NCBI GenBank assembly: GCA_050273025.1
Contig: CP158636.1
Span: 10,664,001 to 10,728,000 of the forward strand
Reading direction: 5' to 3'
DNA: 64,000 bases
Source of the DNA: Cenococcum geophilum
Taxonomy: Eukaryota
Below, piece by piece: positions 25,376 through 38,832 of this stretch; positions within the stretch are counted from its first letter, which is position 1, and each line of letters starts with the position of its first letter. The notes under the pieces were generated by a model. That model was given only the letters and a program-made list of their open reading frames with translations. It was not told where the DNA came from and did no database searches. The translations under genes were made by a program, and so were the position numbers.

Positions 25376-28300
25376 TAGTTTTACTCTAAGTATATCGTAC
25401 AGTTCTCTTCTAAACTTCTTCTCTTTGTCCGAATATACCTTTATTAGATTTATAACTTCTTATAATAAAGGCTTACCAGTTAGCTAGAGTAAAGGAGGTA
25501 AAGGCAAAGTAACTCTAAGTAGGAAAGCACTTCTAGGTAGAAGAGTAGTTTTAGGTAGGGGTTTAGTGTTTTAGGGGTTTTAATATTATTATTTATTGCT
25601 TAACGTCCAATTTGGATCCCTATTGGGCCTACGCGGACTACTCCTTATATATATATAGGGAGAAAACTCTATTTAAGAAAACCCCGTAATCCATCTCTCC
25701 ACCTTTTAAAACTCGCCTATAAGGCACCTATAAGGCGCCTATAAGTCACCTATAGTACTCTACTACTTTACTTTTTAACCTTTTTAGGAACCACTGCTGC
25801 CGTAATAAGCCTACGGACGCGCTAGTATTGTAAACTTTACTCTACCACTATAGAGTTATTAGGGGGCGCCCGTTACTCGCCCCCCCCCCACCTTCTATTA
25901 CTATTTCCTTTATAACCCAGAACTGGTTTAGTATATTTTGGCTAATAAGCTACTAGGTAACCGCCTTAAGGCCTTTTTATATCAAGAGCAGTGTATTATA
26001 GTTCTCTATGCTAGCTACTAAGAGTATTACTTCTTAGTTAGTACGTAAGGGGCATAACAGTATTACGTATTTTGGTGTCTGTCTTAGCCAGCTATATTCG
26101 TATCTTAGGCTACCTACTAGGACACCCACCCAGTAGAGCCAGTCTTTTAGTCCTATTATTCCTATTTTTAAGAGTATTGCTATTATATTTTCTGCCTTTA
26201 TTAGGCCTTCTTAGAGCCCTAGAGTATTTACCCCCTATAGCGTTAACTATGCTACGGCTTAGGTTCCTCTTGCCTTAGTTAGCCTCTATACCTTTAACTC
26301 CTATACACCTCTCTAGCGTTAGTCTAGCCAGTGTTATATTGCGGTAGATAGTTTCCTAGCATTCTTTTATACTCTACTTTTACTCCTTTCTCTCTCTTGC
26401 TATTATCTTTACTAGCCTCTTACACGTCTCCCTTTCTCCTCTATATAGGCCTGGGCCCTAAAGTAGCACTATTCTTCTTTTACTTTCTTTACCTATTTCT
26501 CTAATATATCTTCCCTACTTTAGGGTTATTAGTTTATTCTCCTATAGGGCGCCCTAAGGTCCCTCTATAGTTTATTTAGGCGTATTTTAATATACTTTAT
26601 AACATTAGAGTTATATTTATTTTACGCCCTTTATATTGCAGCGGCTTTAATATATAGTTATAGGGGGGGAATATTAGCTTCCTTTTTAAGCAGTACTATA
26701 GCCGTTCGCTTATATCCGCCTATTATACTCCAGAGGTAGGCTATTTAGACCTTTTAAAGTAGTTTAAGGAGTAATTTAGAGGGGCCTTTTTTAGATTCTC
26801 TAATGGCCCAAATACTAGACCTATATGTTATAGTTAGCCGGACAACTGCTATATATAGTAGGCGTAACCTCTAGAAGTATGGACCCTATATAAAATTAAC
26901 GATCCTAGATAATACGATATACTATACTTAGCCCTTACGGGCCGCTTATACCGCATATGCGCTCTACTAAAGCTTACTATTTACCTATACTTCTAATACC
27001 CTTAGACCCTAAACTAGTTAACCCCTAAAGCCTTAAATGCGAATTATATACTAGAGATCTACAGATTAGTTGCGTTTTCTTATAAAGTAGATTAGCTAGT
27101 ATTTCTCTAGTAAGAATTAGACTCTATATTATCTTACCTATTCTATATAGGTGTTATAAGCTTTCTCTAGTATTCTGTAATTTTCTACAGCTATTGGCCC
27201 GTATGTAATTAGGTTTGTATTATTAATAAAGCCTATCCCCTAGGTCGCCCCTTCCTTAAAGAAGTTAAGTAGGTTACTTATAAAGAAAAGGAAGAGTATA
27301 GGCAAGAGGGGTAATCCTTATGGTATTCCTATTATAACTATAATAGGGGGGCTCTAGTATCCGCTAAAGACTAGTAATATTTCTTTCTAACCTATAAACC
27401 CTTAAACAAATTATATAATCTATTTTAGGAAGCCTTTTACCCTAAGGATATATAGGAGACGCTTGTAGGGTACGTTATTATAGGCGCCGCTAATATCTAG
27501 GCTAAGCATTAATACTATAAAGTCCCTTCGCATCGCTTATACGGATTTAATGGTGGTAGCAAGTAGCGTAAGTGCTAATAGTGTTAAGCGGTTCTTTCTT
27601 GCCCCCATTTAGCTTTATAGTAGTAGGTTGTATTCCTTAGCCGTATCTACTATATAGTCCGCTATTACCTTTTCTAAGATCTTGCTAAGGGTGTTTTCTA
27701 AGGCAATAGGGCGGTAGCTTTCTAGGATTAAGTAATCTGCTTTACCTTCTTTCCGTAAAATAACCGTCGTTATAGCTCTTCTAAGTCACGGGTAGTAGCC
27801 TATAGTAAAGTATACCTTAGCTATATCTATAAGCTAGGGTGCTATAAGTGGTCTATAGGTTTTTAAGGCCTTATTTAGAATCCCATCTAGTCCTAGTACT
27901 ATATTATTTAAAAGGCGGCTAATAGTTCTGGCCATTTCCTCTATTATTATATCGCTGTTAACCCTTAGGTAAGTTACCGGTGTTTTACCTATAATATCGC
28001 TAAGGTCTGCTGGAGCTGGTTAGGGGAAGAATCTTTTTATAAGGATCTTTGCCTTCTTATCGTTGTTATTAGTGGCCTATAATTCCCCTACTCTTTATAG
28101 GGGTAGTAGGTATAAGTCTTCTACTAGGCGCCCTACCTTTTTCTTTAGCTATTTTACTATAGCCTAAAGGCCCTTATTATAGGGGAGGCTTAGGTTAGAA
28201 GTATACTTATTTATAAACTATCTTCAGTTATTTCTTACTTCTTTCTTTAGGGTATTCTTTAACTAGTTTCTTATATCTTTGTATTATCTCTTATCTTTAG

Positions 28301-30372
28301 GGTTATAGCTACTTATATATTTCCTTTTTACTTATTATTAGCTAGTAATAAGAACCGCGCATTATATGGACTATGCGTGTTACGCGTAGGGGCCCAGTTT
28401 TAAGACTGGGCAGTGCTCTTTTAGCCTATTTTTAATTGCTACCTAGATCCTTTCTAGTCTTTAGTTAATTTCCTTAGGGGTAGCTAATAAGCCTCGCTTA
28501 TTTGGAATTAGGTGGATTTCTTCTAAGTCTTAGAGTTATTATTTAACTATATTAAGGAAACTGTCTATTTTAAGCTTCCTTATTATATATCTTTTACTAC
28601 TTAGTTACGCCTTAATATCCAAATCTAGCTATATCTAGATAGGGATATAGTCTAAGGCAAGTGCCTATTCTTCTTTAGGGTTATACCTTTTAAGTCTCTA
28701 GTATAGGCCTTCGTCTATAAATATAAGGTTAATTATACTTTTAGAGGTTCTTTATTACCATATAGTTACTTCTAGAGGGGTGGCCAACTTAAGGCCCTAG
28801 GTGTCTATAGCTCTTAGTAGGCACTTTACCTATTAATTAGCAGTAATATGGATACCCCCCTACCGCAGGTAGTAGAGGTTTATATCTCCTAGTAGGATAA
28901 ACTCTATACCTTTAGTTTCTAGCAAGCTTATTACTAATATAATATTCTCTGTTTATAGGACCCCTTTGACCCTAGGGTTATATACATTAATAATTTATAC
29001 CGGTCCCCTATATGTCTGGATTGTTATAACTATAATATCTAGGTTAACTGCCTACTATAACTATAAGGATAGGCTAATAGCCTTGCTAATTATAAAGTAT
29101 ATGTGTATAGCTACTTTTGGTTTATATAGGAGCTAAAATCCTTAGGGGCAGTATATTAATTATATATAGGTATTATAGTACGGCTCTTATATAGTAAGGA
29201 TATAGTATTTCTCTAGGTCTAAACCGTCTAGTAAAGGCCTTACAAGACGGTGGTTTGTGTTGCCGCAGTTATACTATATAATGGATAGGTAGCGGACCCC
29301 CGGCAAGAGTTCTTCGCCTTTTCTTCGTTTCTTACTTCTTCTATTTCTACTTTCTCTAGGATATTTAGAGCTTCTATCTCTTATGTCTATACCCTAGTTA
29401 CTACTTATTTTATATAGAGCTTTTTATTCCCGTATCTTATATTCCTACTAGCGCTTCTATATCTAAATCTGTTATTATCTCCGGTTCCTCCCCTATTCTT
29501 ACTAGCTGGCTATATACCCTTTATAGGTTGGCTATAAATATTATATTTACCGCGTTAAATCTAATTCTTAATTATCCTGGTCTTAAGCTTGCTATAGCTG
29601 TCTATAGGGGTCTTCCTATAGGGCGTCCTCTTCCTTATATCCCCTGTGACCCTTATATCCCTATACGGTCTAGTAATATTATATAGCGCCGCTTCTAGCC
29701 CGTTAAGGCTTAGGATGGCTGGCCTAGCCCCCTAGTACTAAAGGTAGGAAACGCTAGGAAGGCACCTATGTCCCCCTAGCTTATTGCCTATTGTTTCTAT
29801 TTATATAACCTAGCGTATAGTTATTCCCGCAGCTATTAAGCCCTTACCTTCCGCCTCCTATATTTAATGTAGTCTTCTCTCTCCCACGCCTTATATATAC
29901 TTTAGTGGTAGTTTACATATTTTATTTAGTCTTGATTTAAGCAGTGTCTTATATTATAGGGGCCTATATAGTGGCCGCAGCACACCTATACTGCGTATAT
30001 AGATTAGGTATATCCCTATTATACGCAGCGGTAGTATTATTTTAGGCGTAGTCTATAGTTATAGAGCCTTACATTATATATAAGGCTATTTATAATTATT
30101 CCTTTTTAGATAAGGAGTTTTTACATTCCTAGTGTATATGTGCTAATAATAAGGGAGCTATACGTTTAACTAGCGTCTCCCTAGCAAGTCTCTAGCAACC
30201 CTTATATCCTCTTATTATTTTTATTATTTACTTAGTTTATATTTTCCTATTAAAGCCATTAAATTCGGGTAATCTTAAGGCCTAGTATAAGGCGTTTTGT
30301 ATGTTTTACTATCTCCTATATAGTTACTATGTTATCTACTTAGCGTCCCTTTTCTACCCTAAGGCTTATAGG

Positions 30373-33300
30373 TATAACGGTTCGTCTACATAGCTACCAT
30401 CGAGGCGTCGTCGGTCACGGATTAACGTTGCCCTAACGTCGCCCCGATAACCAAACACGTACATAGTCGTCTACCGCGCCCCTTTCTTCAAGCCCTTACC
30501 TTAGTCTATTTATAATATAGCCTCTAGAGCCCTTAACGCCTAACCCTGTTAATTTATAGATTTGCTAGCCGTGACATTAGACTAAGGTCAACCCCAATTG
30601 GCCTATAGAGGCGACATAATACTAGGTCCAACGGTCAAACGCATAGCCAGACAGATCTATTCTACCACCATAACTATAGACCAGCCAACCCACTAAAGCC
30701 CTACATTAAGCAGGCAATTGTGACAGCAGATTAAGCAGCTAAAAGAAGAGATTGCGGTAATTAGATCAAAAGGATCACCCTAATTATAATCTTAATAGCA
30801 AGAGTTGCCTAAGAAAGTAAAAGAGACACTATAGCAAAAAGGAGCGCGTTAAGGCCTAGCGCGCTAGAGATAGCTACTAACCCAATACTAGCAGCATGTA
30901 AGGAACCCGTAGACGCGTCACTTAAGCCGCTGGAGCTCCAACCGTACTATAGCGAGATAGAGCTTTTAGATGATATAAAGAGTAAATGGGACCGTCTTAT
31001 GGCGTAATCGGAAGATGACGAGAACCCTATATACTTTAAGATAGAGACAAAAAGAGAGTACACAGCCGTAACCACCTAAAGCCTAGCCGTGATTCCTATA
31101 ACCGAACTTATAGAAGAGCTAAAGCTCTAGGGAATATAAAGGAAGGCGATAGAATAGTAGATTGCTATGCTATAGCATCTTATAAACAACCACGCGCACA
31201 AAGCTCTTAATGCAAAAGAGGAAGCTTAAGTAAAGATAGTAGAGCTTAAAGAGCACCTAGACAACAGGATAGACGAGCTCCGTAAGGCCAATCGGAAGAT
31301 ATTAAGGATAGGCCGTAAGGTCACTATATAAGCCCCAAATCGGGAAGACAGCGAGTGAGAAAGCACACCGTTACGGACGATATAAGAGGGGACACCACTC
31401 TCTTAGACGAGCAGCGTTACGGGTTTAGGACGCACGGTAAAGTTTCCAGACCCACCTACACTAATAGATAGGAAAGAGCCTACCTATTATGCCTAGAGCG
31501 GCCACATACAAAATAAGCTCCGATTTAATGCAGACTGGTTTTATTAAGACAACCTAGATCAGGAAGAAGATGTAAAAGTAGCATATATTGAGATATGTGT
31601 AGGCGGCAAAGCTTATAACTACCTCTTACCCTACCTTAAAGCAGAGCGCGATATGGGACGCAACCCTACCAGCAAAGAAGTACTTAAGTTTCTAGAGAAC
31701 GTCTTTAAGGACCCAGATCGCCGCATTAAGGCCCAATAGGAACTTAAAGGCCTCAAGATGCCGTACCTAGGAGACTTTAACGACTTCCAATCCAACTTTA
31801 TACGGCTAGTAAATATCTTAAGGATGCCACAAGATTAGTAGAAGGAGGAGCTCCATAATAAGCTTTATAACAACCTACGCGTCTAAATGGAAGTTAAGGT
31901 AGCAGACGAAGACTATAGCTTTTATGCTTATTATAAGACCACCTAATAGTACGCCTGAGGTCTAAAGTAGACAGGCAAGGAACGGAGTGACTATAGAGCA
32001 GCCTAGGCTATTAAGAGAGCTTCCACTAGGGGCGCTGAAGAGACTAAGGTTTTCCCCCCTTCCTAGTAATCTCGGACGCCAGCACCAGCTACAAAAGCAC
32101 CAGATACCTGCTATAACTATAGTAAGCCAGGACACTATTCTAATAACTACCCTACGCTAAAGAAGATAGAGGCTAAAGCAATTAACCGAATTAAAGAGTA
32201 TAAGATAGTTACCAACTTAGCGAAGTCGGAAAACGAGTAGCTCTAGGAGAAGTCTCCTACCTAGAGCAGATTGGAGCAATTAATATAGCGCCTATACAGC
32301 TAAAGGAGATCTTAGGAGGCGTAGCCCTTACGATATAATACAGGATCGCGCTAAGCGGCGTAGCTCTTAATATAGTAAGCCTGCTTAACTCTAGTGCGGG
32401 CGGAGAGGCCTTCATACGCTATAAGCTACGGCTAATTATTGAGCAATGACTATAACCAAAGTTCTATAAGATTAAGGGACAAAAAGTTGCTGTATCTAGC
32501 TATAATAATTAGCAGACGGATATAATTAAATAGCTCTTTAAGGCTAACCTAGTTATAGATAGCCGACGAGTCCCTACATGGTTCCTATTTTGTAATACTG
32601 GCCGCTATAACCTTCTTATTAGTTATAGGTGGTTTAAGAAGACTGGGGCCCTTATTAATTATAAATATTGGGTTTTAGTATAGCGAACCGAGAGGAACTA
32701 CTACGGTAGGCAAGACATAATTATACCAAGAAAGGAGCTCCTACCCCCGCTAATTAATAAGGATCACTAAAAGGATGTAGATTAAAGAGACGCACTACTA
32801 GACCTAGAGCCTAGGCCTACCCCCTAACGTATCCTTAAACGTACCATCGCGATTAGCGAACTCTAAGAGAAGAAGCCCTCTACTGAAATTAAACTAGAGG
32901 AATAGGCTAAGTTAAAGCAAACTAAATGGACCTCGTACGACTATAAGCATACTTAGAAGATTAATACCTGAGATATAATTAGGAAAATAGAGGACTAGCT
33001 TTACCTTAGGCCAGCTTTACCGTTAAAGCTAAGAGTAAGGAGGCTCTTATTTACTAGGGAGTTTAGAGCAATAGACATCGCGTTACTTAAGGCAGGCAAC
33101 TTCTTATAAGGGGCGAAGCGTAAGGACGTAGTAATTGGGTATACTAGCCTCTATAAGATAGACCAGCTAATAGAGGATAGGAAGGAATAAGACGCCCTAC
33201 CTAACAATAAGGAGGAACTTCGCCGGCTTATCTATAAAAAGCTGCCATAGCCCTACTAAGAATATACTAATAGCTTCTTAAAAGCTATATCTAATATACT

Positions 33301-36300
33301 GCCACTATATTACGAGGGAGTAAACCATAACATTATTCTTAAAGGCGACAGCCGCGATCTAGCCCCTAGCCCACTATACAATATATTATTAAAATAGCTA
33401 GAGCTTATTAAGGCCTACCTACAGGAGCACCTACAGAAGGGGTTTATTATACTAAGTGACGCACCCTTTACAGCTCTGGTTCTATTTACTAAGAAACTAA
33501 GAGGGGGATAGCAATTCTGCGTTAACTTTTAAAAGCTCAATATAATTACCAAAAAGGACCGCTACCCGCTACCATTAATTAAGGAGACGTTAACTAGGCT
33601 ATTAAAAGCTAAAATCTTTACTAAGCTAGATGTTCGACAGGCTTTCTACCATATACGGCTAAAGGAAGAGGTAGAAGAGTTAACTACCTTCTGTATAAGG
33701 TACGGATCGTATAAGTACCGCGTTATACCCTTTAGACTATATAACGGCCCTATATCTTTCTAGAGGTTCATTAACAGCGTCCTTTTTAACTACCTGGACG
33801 ATTTCTATACTGCCTATATAGACAACATCCTAATCTACTCAAACAACCCGCTAGAGCACGAGGCTTATATTAAGAAGGTCCTATAGAGGCTTTAAGAGGC
33901 AGGCCTACAAGCGGATATTAAGAAGAGCGAGTTTAACGTTACTAAGACGAAGTTCTTAGGTTTTATTATTAGAATTAATAGGATCGCTATAGACACCAAT
34001 AAGCTAGCTATAATTAGGAATTAGAAGCCCCCTACTTTTGTAAAAGGGGTATAATCCTTCCTAGGGTTCTGTAACTTCTACTAGGCCTTCTTAAAAGATT
34101 ACGGCCAAGTCGCATAACCGCTTAGTAAGCTCACGAAGAAGGAAGCATGGCACCTACTAGGGGAGGAAGAGCTTAAAGCATTTAAACGAGTTAAGGCCCT
34201 AATACTATCTGGCAGTGTAATTAGGCACTACTTGCCGTTTTAAAACACCCGTATAGAGACTAACGCGAGTAACGGAGTAGTAGCTAGGGTGCTAAACCAG
34301 CTATAAGACAATAGGACCTAGAAACCAGTAGCCTTCTTCTTAAAGATGATATCCCCTAAAGAGATACGGTATAAGATCTACGACAAAGAGATACTAGCGG
34401 TAATAAGAGGCCTATAGGAATGGCGAGGTCACCTTATCGGTCTCTAGCGTACACCCTTTATAGTAATTACAGATTATTAAGCCCTTAAGTACTTTACAAC
34501 TAAGAGGCTGCTAAGTCTACGGTAAGCCCGCTAGGCAGACCTACTTGCGGATTTCTATATACGGATTATATATAGGCCAGGTACGGCAAATATAGTGGCT
34601 AACACCCTATTATAAAAATAAGAGGACCTGAAGATATAGAAGGAAAAGGACGTAGCTACACGCACTATGTACTTAATTAACCCCGCCCTTATAATTACCA
34701 CACTAGAAATAACCTCCGAGGACCCCTTAGTTACGGCGAGTCGCGAATAGGAACTATACGAGCTGGTCGATTAAATCCTCTAGGCTAATTAAACTAGTAA
34801 ATTGCTAGTAGGGCTACGTTAGCTAGCCGAGCAAAACCAGAAGGGCTAGAAGCTCTAAGGGGGACTGCTTACCCGCTTTAGCAAGCTAATAGTCCCTAAT
34901 ACTAACTGCCTCTATACCTACCTTATTACAGAGGTATACTCTTACTAGGTAACTGCTCACCTAGGTAAGACAAAGACTAGGAAACTTATAGTAGACCAAT
35001 ACTATTGGCCAGGACTACCCTTAGACTATAATACCTACGTAAGAAACTATAGGACCTATAGGAGGACCTATATACCCTAGAATAAAACCCTAGGCCTACT
35101 GCACCCCCTACCAATTAGTAAACGCTGCTGGCAGTATATCTCTTTTAATTTTAAGTCCTTCCTAACAGATAAAAAGGGCTTTAACAACGTCTTTATAGTT
35201 GTTAATTAACTAGGCAAGAGAGCCTTCTTATTACCCTACTATAAGACTGCTACCGCAGCTAACGCAGCAAACCTGTACTACTAACACGTCTGGCGCGTGT
35301 ACGGCCTCCTAGAGACAGTTATATTAGATTAAGGACCCTAATTTATCTTAGCCTTTATAGACAAGCTATATAAACTAACTAGCGTTAAGTAAAAGCTCTC
35401 TATATCCGGTTACCTATAAACTAATAGTAATACAGAGGTACTAAACTAGTACATTAACCAACGCTTAAGGCCCTTTATTAACCACTACCAGGATAATTAG
35501 TTAGAGCTCCTCCCCTATATAGACTTCGCATAGGCAATCTTACCGCATAAATCTACTGGCTTTATACCGTATAAGCTAGAGCTAGGATTTAAGCCAAGGC
35601 TCCACTTTAACTAGGAGGAACGTACTTAAGCAACCTTAACACTTTATAAGAAGCTGACACGATAAGAAGCTTAGGCTTTCGCATATAGGACCTAGGACGC
35701 AGTTAAATGGGCAAGAGATAACCTAGTAAAGGCCTAAAAGCGGCAGATAAGGCAAGCTAATAGGCACCGTCGCGAACCAGACTTTAGAGTAGGTAATTAA
35801 GTATACGTTACTAGGAAGGGCTAGGCTACTAACTAACCGAGTATTAAGCTAAACAGACAGCTCATAGGGCCCTATAAGATTCTAAGCATAAAAGGACACT
35901 TGTATATTATTAACCTACCCCTAAATATAAAGATATTAAACGTCTTCCATGCCGATTAACTACGAAAGGACCCAGATAACCCCCTACTAGGCCAAAATAG
36001 TAAGCCAGAGGAGCTAATTCTAATTAATAGCGAGCCGGAGTACGAGATTAATAAGATCCTTGCTAGTAAAACCTACTACGGAAGGCTATAGTATAAGGTT
36101 AACTAGGTAGGTTATAACCTAGACAACACCTAGTATAACGTAGATGGCTTTATTGGCGCCCCCTATAAGATTAAGGCGTTCTATAATAAGAGACCCTATA
36201 AGGCCGGACCGCCTATACGGCTGTTATAATAGCTAGAGGTGTATTATAAAGACGTAGATCTAGAGCCCTTAGAGGAAGATAATAAAGCAGAGAAGACCGG

Positions 36301-36575
36301 AAAGGTAAGATAAATAAGGAGAGCCTGACTATGAGGATTAAGGGCGATCCTCCTAGCTTAAAGGGGGGTGATGTGACGGTTCGTTTATATAGCTACTATT
36401 GAGGCGTCGTTAGTTACGGATTAACGTTGCCCTAACGTCGCCCCGACAACCGAACACATACATAGTCGTCTACCGCGCCCCTTTCTTTAAGCCCTTACCT
36501 TAGTCTATTCATAATATAGCCTCTAAAGCCCTTAACGCCTAACCCTATTAATTTGTAGATTTGCTAGCCATGATA
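30373..36575 (+). mobile_element. Gypsy-3: Ty3/Gypsy chromovirus, full length, RIP-inactivated, inserted in LINE ORF1
   Basis: 204-bp LTRs at 30373-30576 and 36372-36575. TSD ATAGG. PPT AAAGGGGGG. Gag zinc knuckle at ~32109-32150, KDRYPLP at ~33554-33574, YIDN(D) at ~33815-33826, chromodomain at ~36040-36190. Confidence 0.94.
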
Positions 36576-37987
36576 ATAGGAACCACTAGGACTTTAACTA
36601 AGTAGTCTTTACGGAGCACTTTTATACCAATACGTTCTCCTAGCCTATCCCCTACCCTTACGGCTCGTTCCTTTACCTATTAATCCTTTAGAGTAACTCT
36701 AATATCTCCGCTCTTAAGGTATTGGACTATAACTACGTTATAGACCTCTTTGCAAATCTTTATAAGGACTTTTATTTCTAATTATCCCCTAAACCCCTCT
36801 ACTTTTTCTATATTTAGTTATATTATAATTATATACCTAGTTATTATCTTAAGGGGGGTAGGTTCCCTATAGTGTAGAAGCGCAACTATAGCGGCCTAGG
36901 TATGGTTCGCCAGTAAGGGGGGATTTTATTTATTTTTAATTTTGCTTAGCCGTTAGAGGATTTAATTAAGGGTTTACTAGAGGGGCGCCTAAGGTTCGCT
37001 AAACTAGCGGAGCCATTCTACTAGCTGTATTAGTTTGTTATAGCTAATAGTTACTCCCCTATAATTCTAGATACTAGATACGTCTAATAGGCTTTATATT
37101 TTATTAGATACCTTCTTAATAGAGGTGTTTCCGCTTTATAGTATAGTATTCGCCCGTCTCTATTATAGAGGGCCGTTATTAGGCGTAGATCTAGCGGTTA
37201 CACGCAAGTGCGAGCCACTATTAGTTGACGTGTGCCTCCCTTACGATGTATGCATCTTAGGGGGATTCTCTAGGTGTTTTTTAGGGTTCTTTTTAGTTGG
37301 TTTTGGTCTTTTTGGGCTAGGTATAGCAAGAGCTCCTTAGGGGTTTTAATATAAATTAAAGTTGCCTTCTAAAGAATATAGGTTATTTTTAGGTTTCTAT
37401 AGTTAACGTATAATCTCAGCTTCTGTCTATATTAGTTCTTCTATATTAGTAATAACGGCCTAAATATTACTAGTAATTAGGTTACCGTTCTTAGTAATAT
37501 ATACCCCATTCCTATAGAGGAAGTCTTAAAAATCCTAAATAATATTAATGTTGCTAAGTGCCTAGGTATTAGCAGTCTATCCTATAAAATCCTCCCTAAA
37601 ATACTCCTATAGTTATAAATTGGCATAGTATCTATTTTAGTAGAATATAATATAGTGTAGGAGAAAGCCGTTAACTTATTTTGCGGTATAAGTTATTATA
37701 TTAAAGGCAAATTCGTCCTAATCTTTATTAATAAGTTTTGTATACTTAGCTACCCCTAGTAGTAAGGAGTCTTTTTAGTTATTTAAAGTAGGCATAGCCA
37801 TGTTTTTAGAGGGAGGGAAGTATTATTAGTATAAGGATTATCGTTTAGTACGCGTTTGTAATATATATTTATCATTTAGTACGCGTTTAGACGTATATTT
37901 GCAATTATAGGGCTTAGGACTAGTTCTAGCCTTAAATCGCAAAGACTTATAAAGCGTATTATTCTGCGTAATAGACGCAAGAATCTA

Positions 37988-38291
37988 TCCCTTAACCCGT
38001 TAACTTGGGCACGCAGGTTATCGATAAGAGCCCACCAATCAAATCAGTGGGATTCGGTAGCCGTGCTTAGGAATACAAAATTCGGAGAGTGGCTAAGGCT
38101 TCGGGGGGGGGGTTTTCGCCGTTTTATTTGGGGGAATCTTACATTGAGTCTTCCGAACAAGATCTGCATTAAGTCTAGCGTGATTAGAAGGCATGGTGGT
38201 GGTGTATTTGATGGTTGAATTCTACGCGTTGTTCTGATTCTGGTGTTCGCGCACGGGCCTTCCCCTCTGCTCGCCCTAACGGGTCAAGGGA
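37988..38291. mobile_element. Tc1/mariner-type MITE (~300 bp)
   Basis: TIR TCCCTTAACCCGTT / AACGGGTCAAGGGA with TA on both sides. A related sequence lies at 52195-52306. Confidence 0.7.
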
Positions 38292-38487
38292 TAATCTTAG
38301 AAAGGCTTAGGACCAGTTCTAGCCTTTAGATCCTTAAATTCGTGGAAGAGTTTTATTTAAGGTTTAGGACCAGTTCTAACCTTAAAAGACAGCTTCCTCT
38401 AGCACGAGTAGCACTAGTACAGTAGCTCGTCTCTTCTTAGTGGAATACCTTGCTATTCTATAGTATAACAGTGAAGTTAACCACTAA

Positions 38488-38608
38488 TCAGTGTTGGTTA
38501 CATAAGGGGATATCACGTAGCTACGGTTCGTAGATAGTATAATAATTGTTCTATATATTTTCTTCTTAAAGAAAGGGGTGAGGAACTTAAGGTTCCTCAC
38601 CACACTAG
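38488..38608 (+). mobile_element. Helitron-like 3' terminus (possible mini-Helitron)
   Basis: 10-bp stem GGTGAGGAAC/GTTCCTCACC (38577-38601) followed by CTAG|T (38605-38609). The 5' A|TC at 38488 is only a guess. Confidence 0.5.
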
Positions 38609-38832
38609 TGCCGCGGCGGCACGTGATGGCAACTTGCCACACGTGACGGCAATATGCCTCATATGGTGACCACTTGCCTTTATTCCCAACACTAAGAGGT
38701 CCCGGAGACTTCCAGAAATGTTCTGTTTTACCCCCATTAACCATCCAATTAAGTTAAGAAAGGCGCAGTGGTGGGCTATAGAGAAGTATTATTAGTAAAT
38801 GAATAATATAAAGTTATAGAGTGGGTTATGGG

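Larger units (their letters stand above)
25583..38400 (-). mobile_element. Tad1-like LINE (ORF1 with zinc knuckles; ORF2 with APE-RT-RNase H), interrupted by Gypsy-3 and a MITE
   Basis: Minus-strand relics: IIQYNCGN (~29265-29290), GDMNLHHP (~28868-28890), GIPQGSPLSPILF (~27290-27329), GFIDD (~27222-27237) and Cys/His knuckles (~29900-30045). ORF1 ATG at ~37801. 3' tail AATAAATAATAATA at ~25583-25597. The 5' end is approximate. Confidence 0.85.

Noticed and set aside
340..38744. Short ORFs in the RIP block (340-528, 8139-8519, 23711-23899, 26072-26278, 37125-37340, 38484-38744)
   Set aside because: Chance frames in LTRs or antisense to decayed TE genes, with no recognisable motifs.
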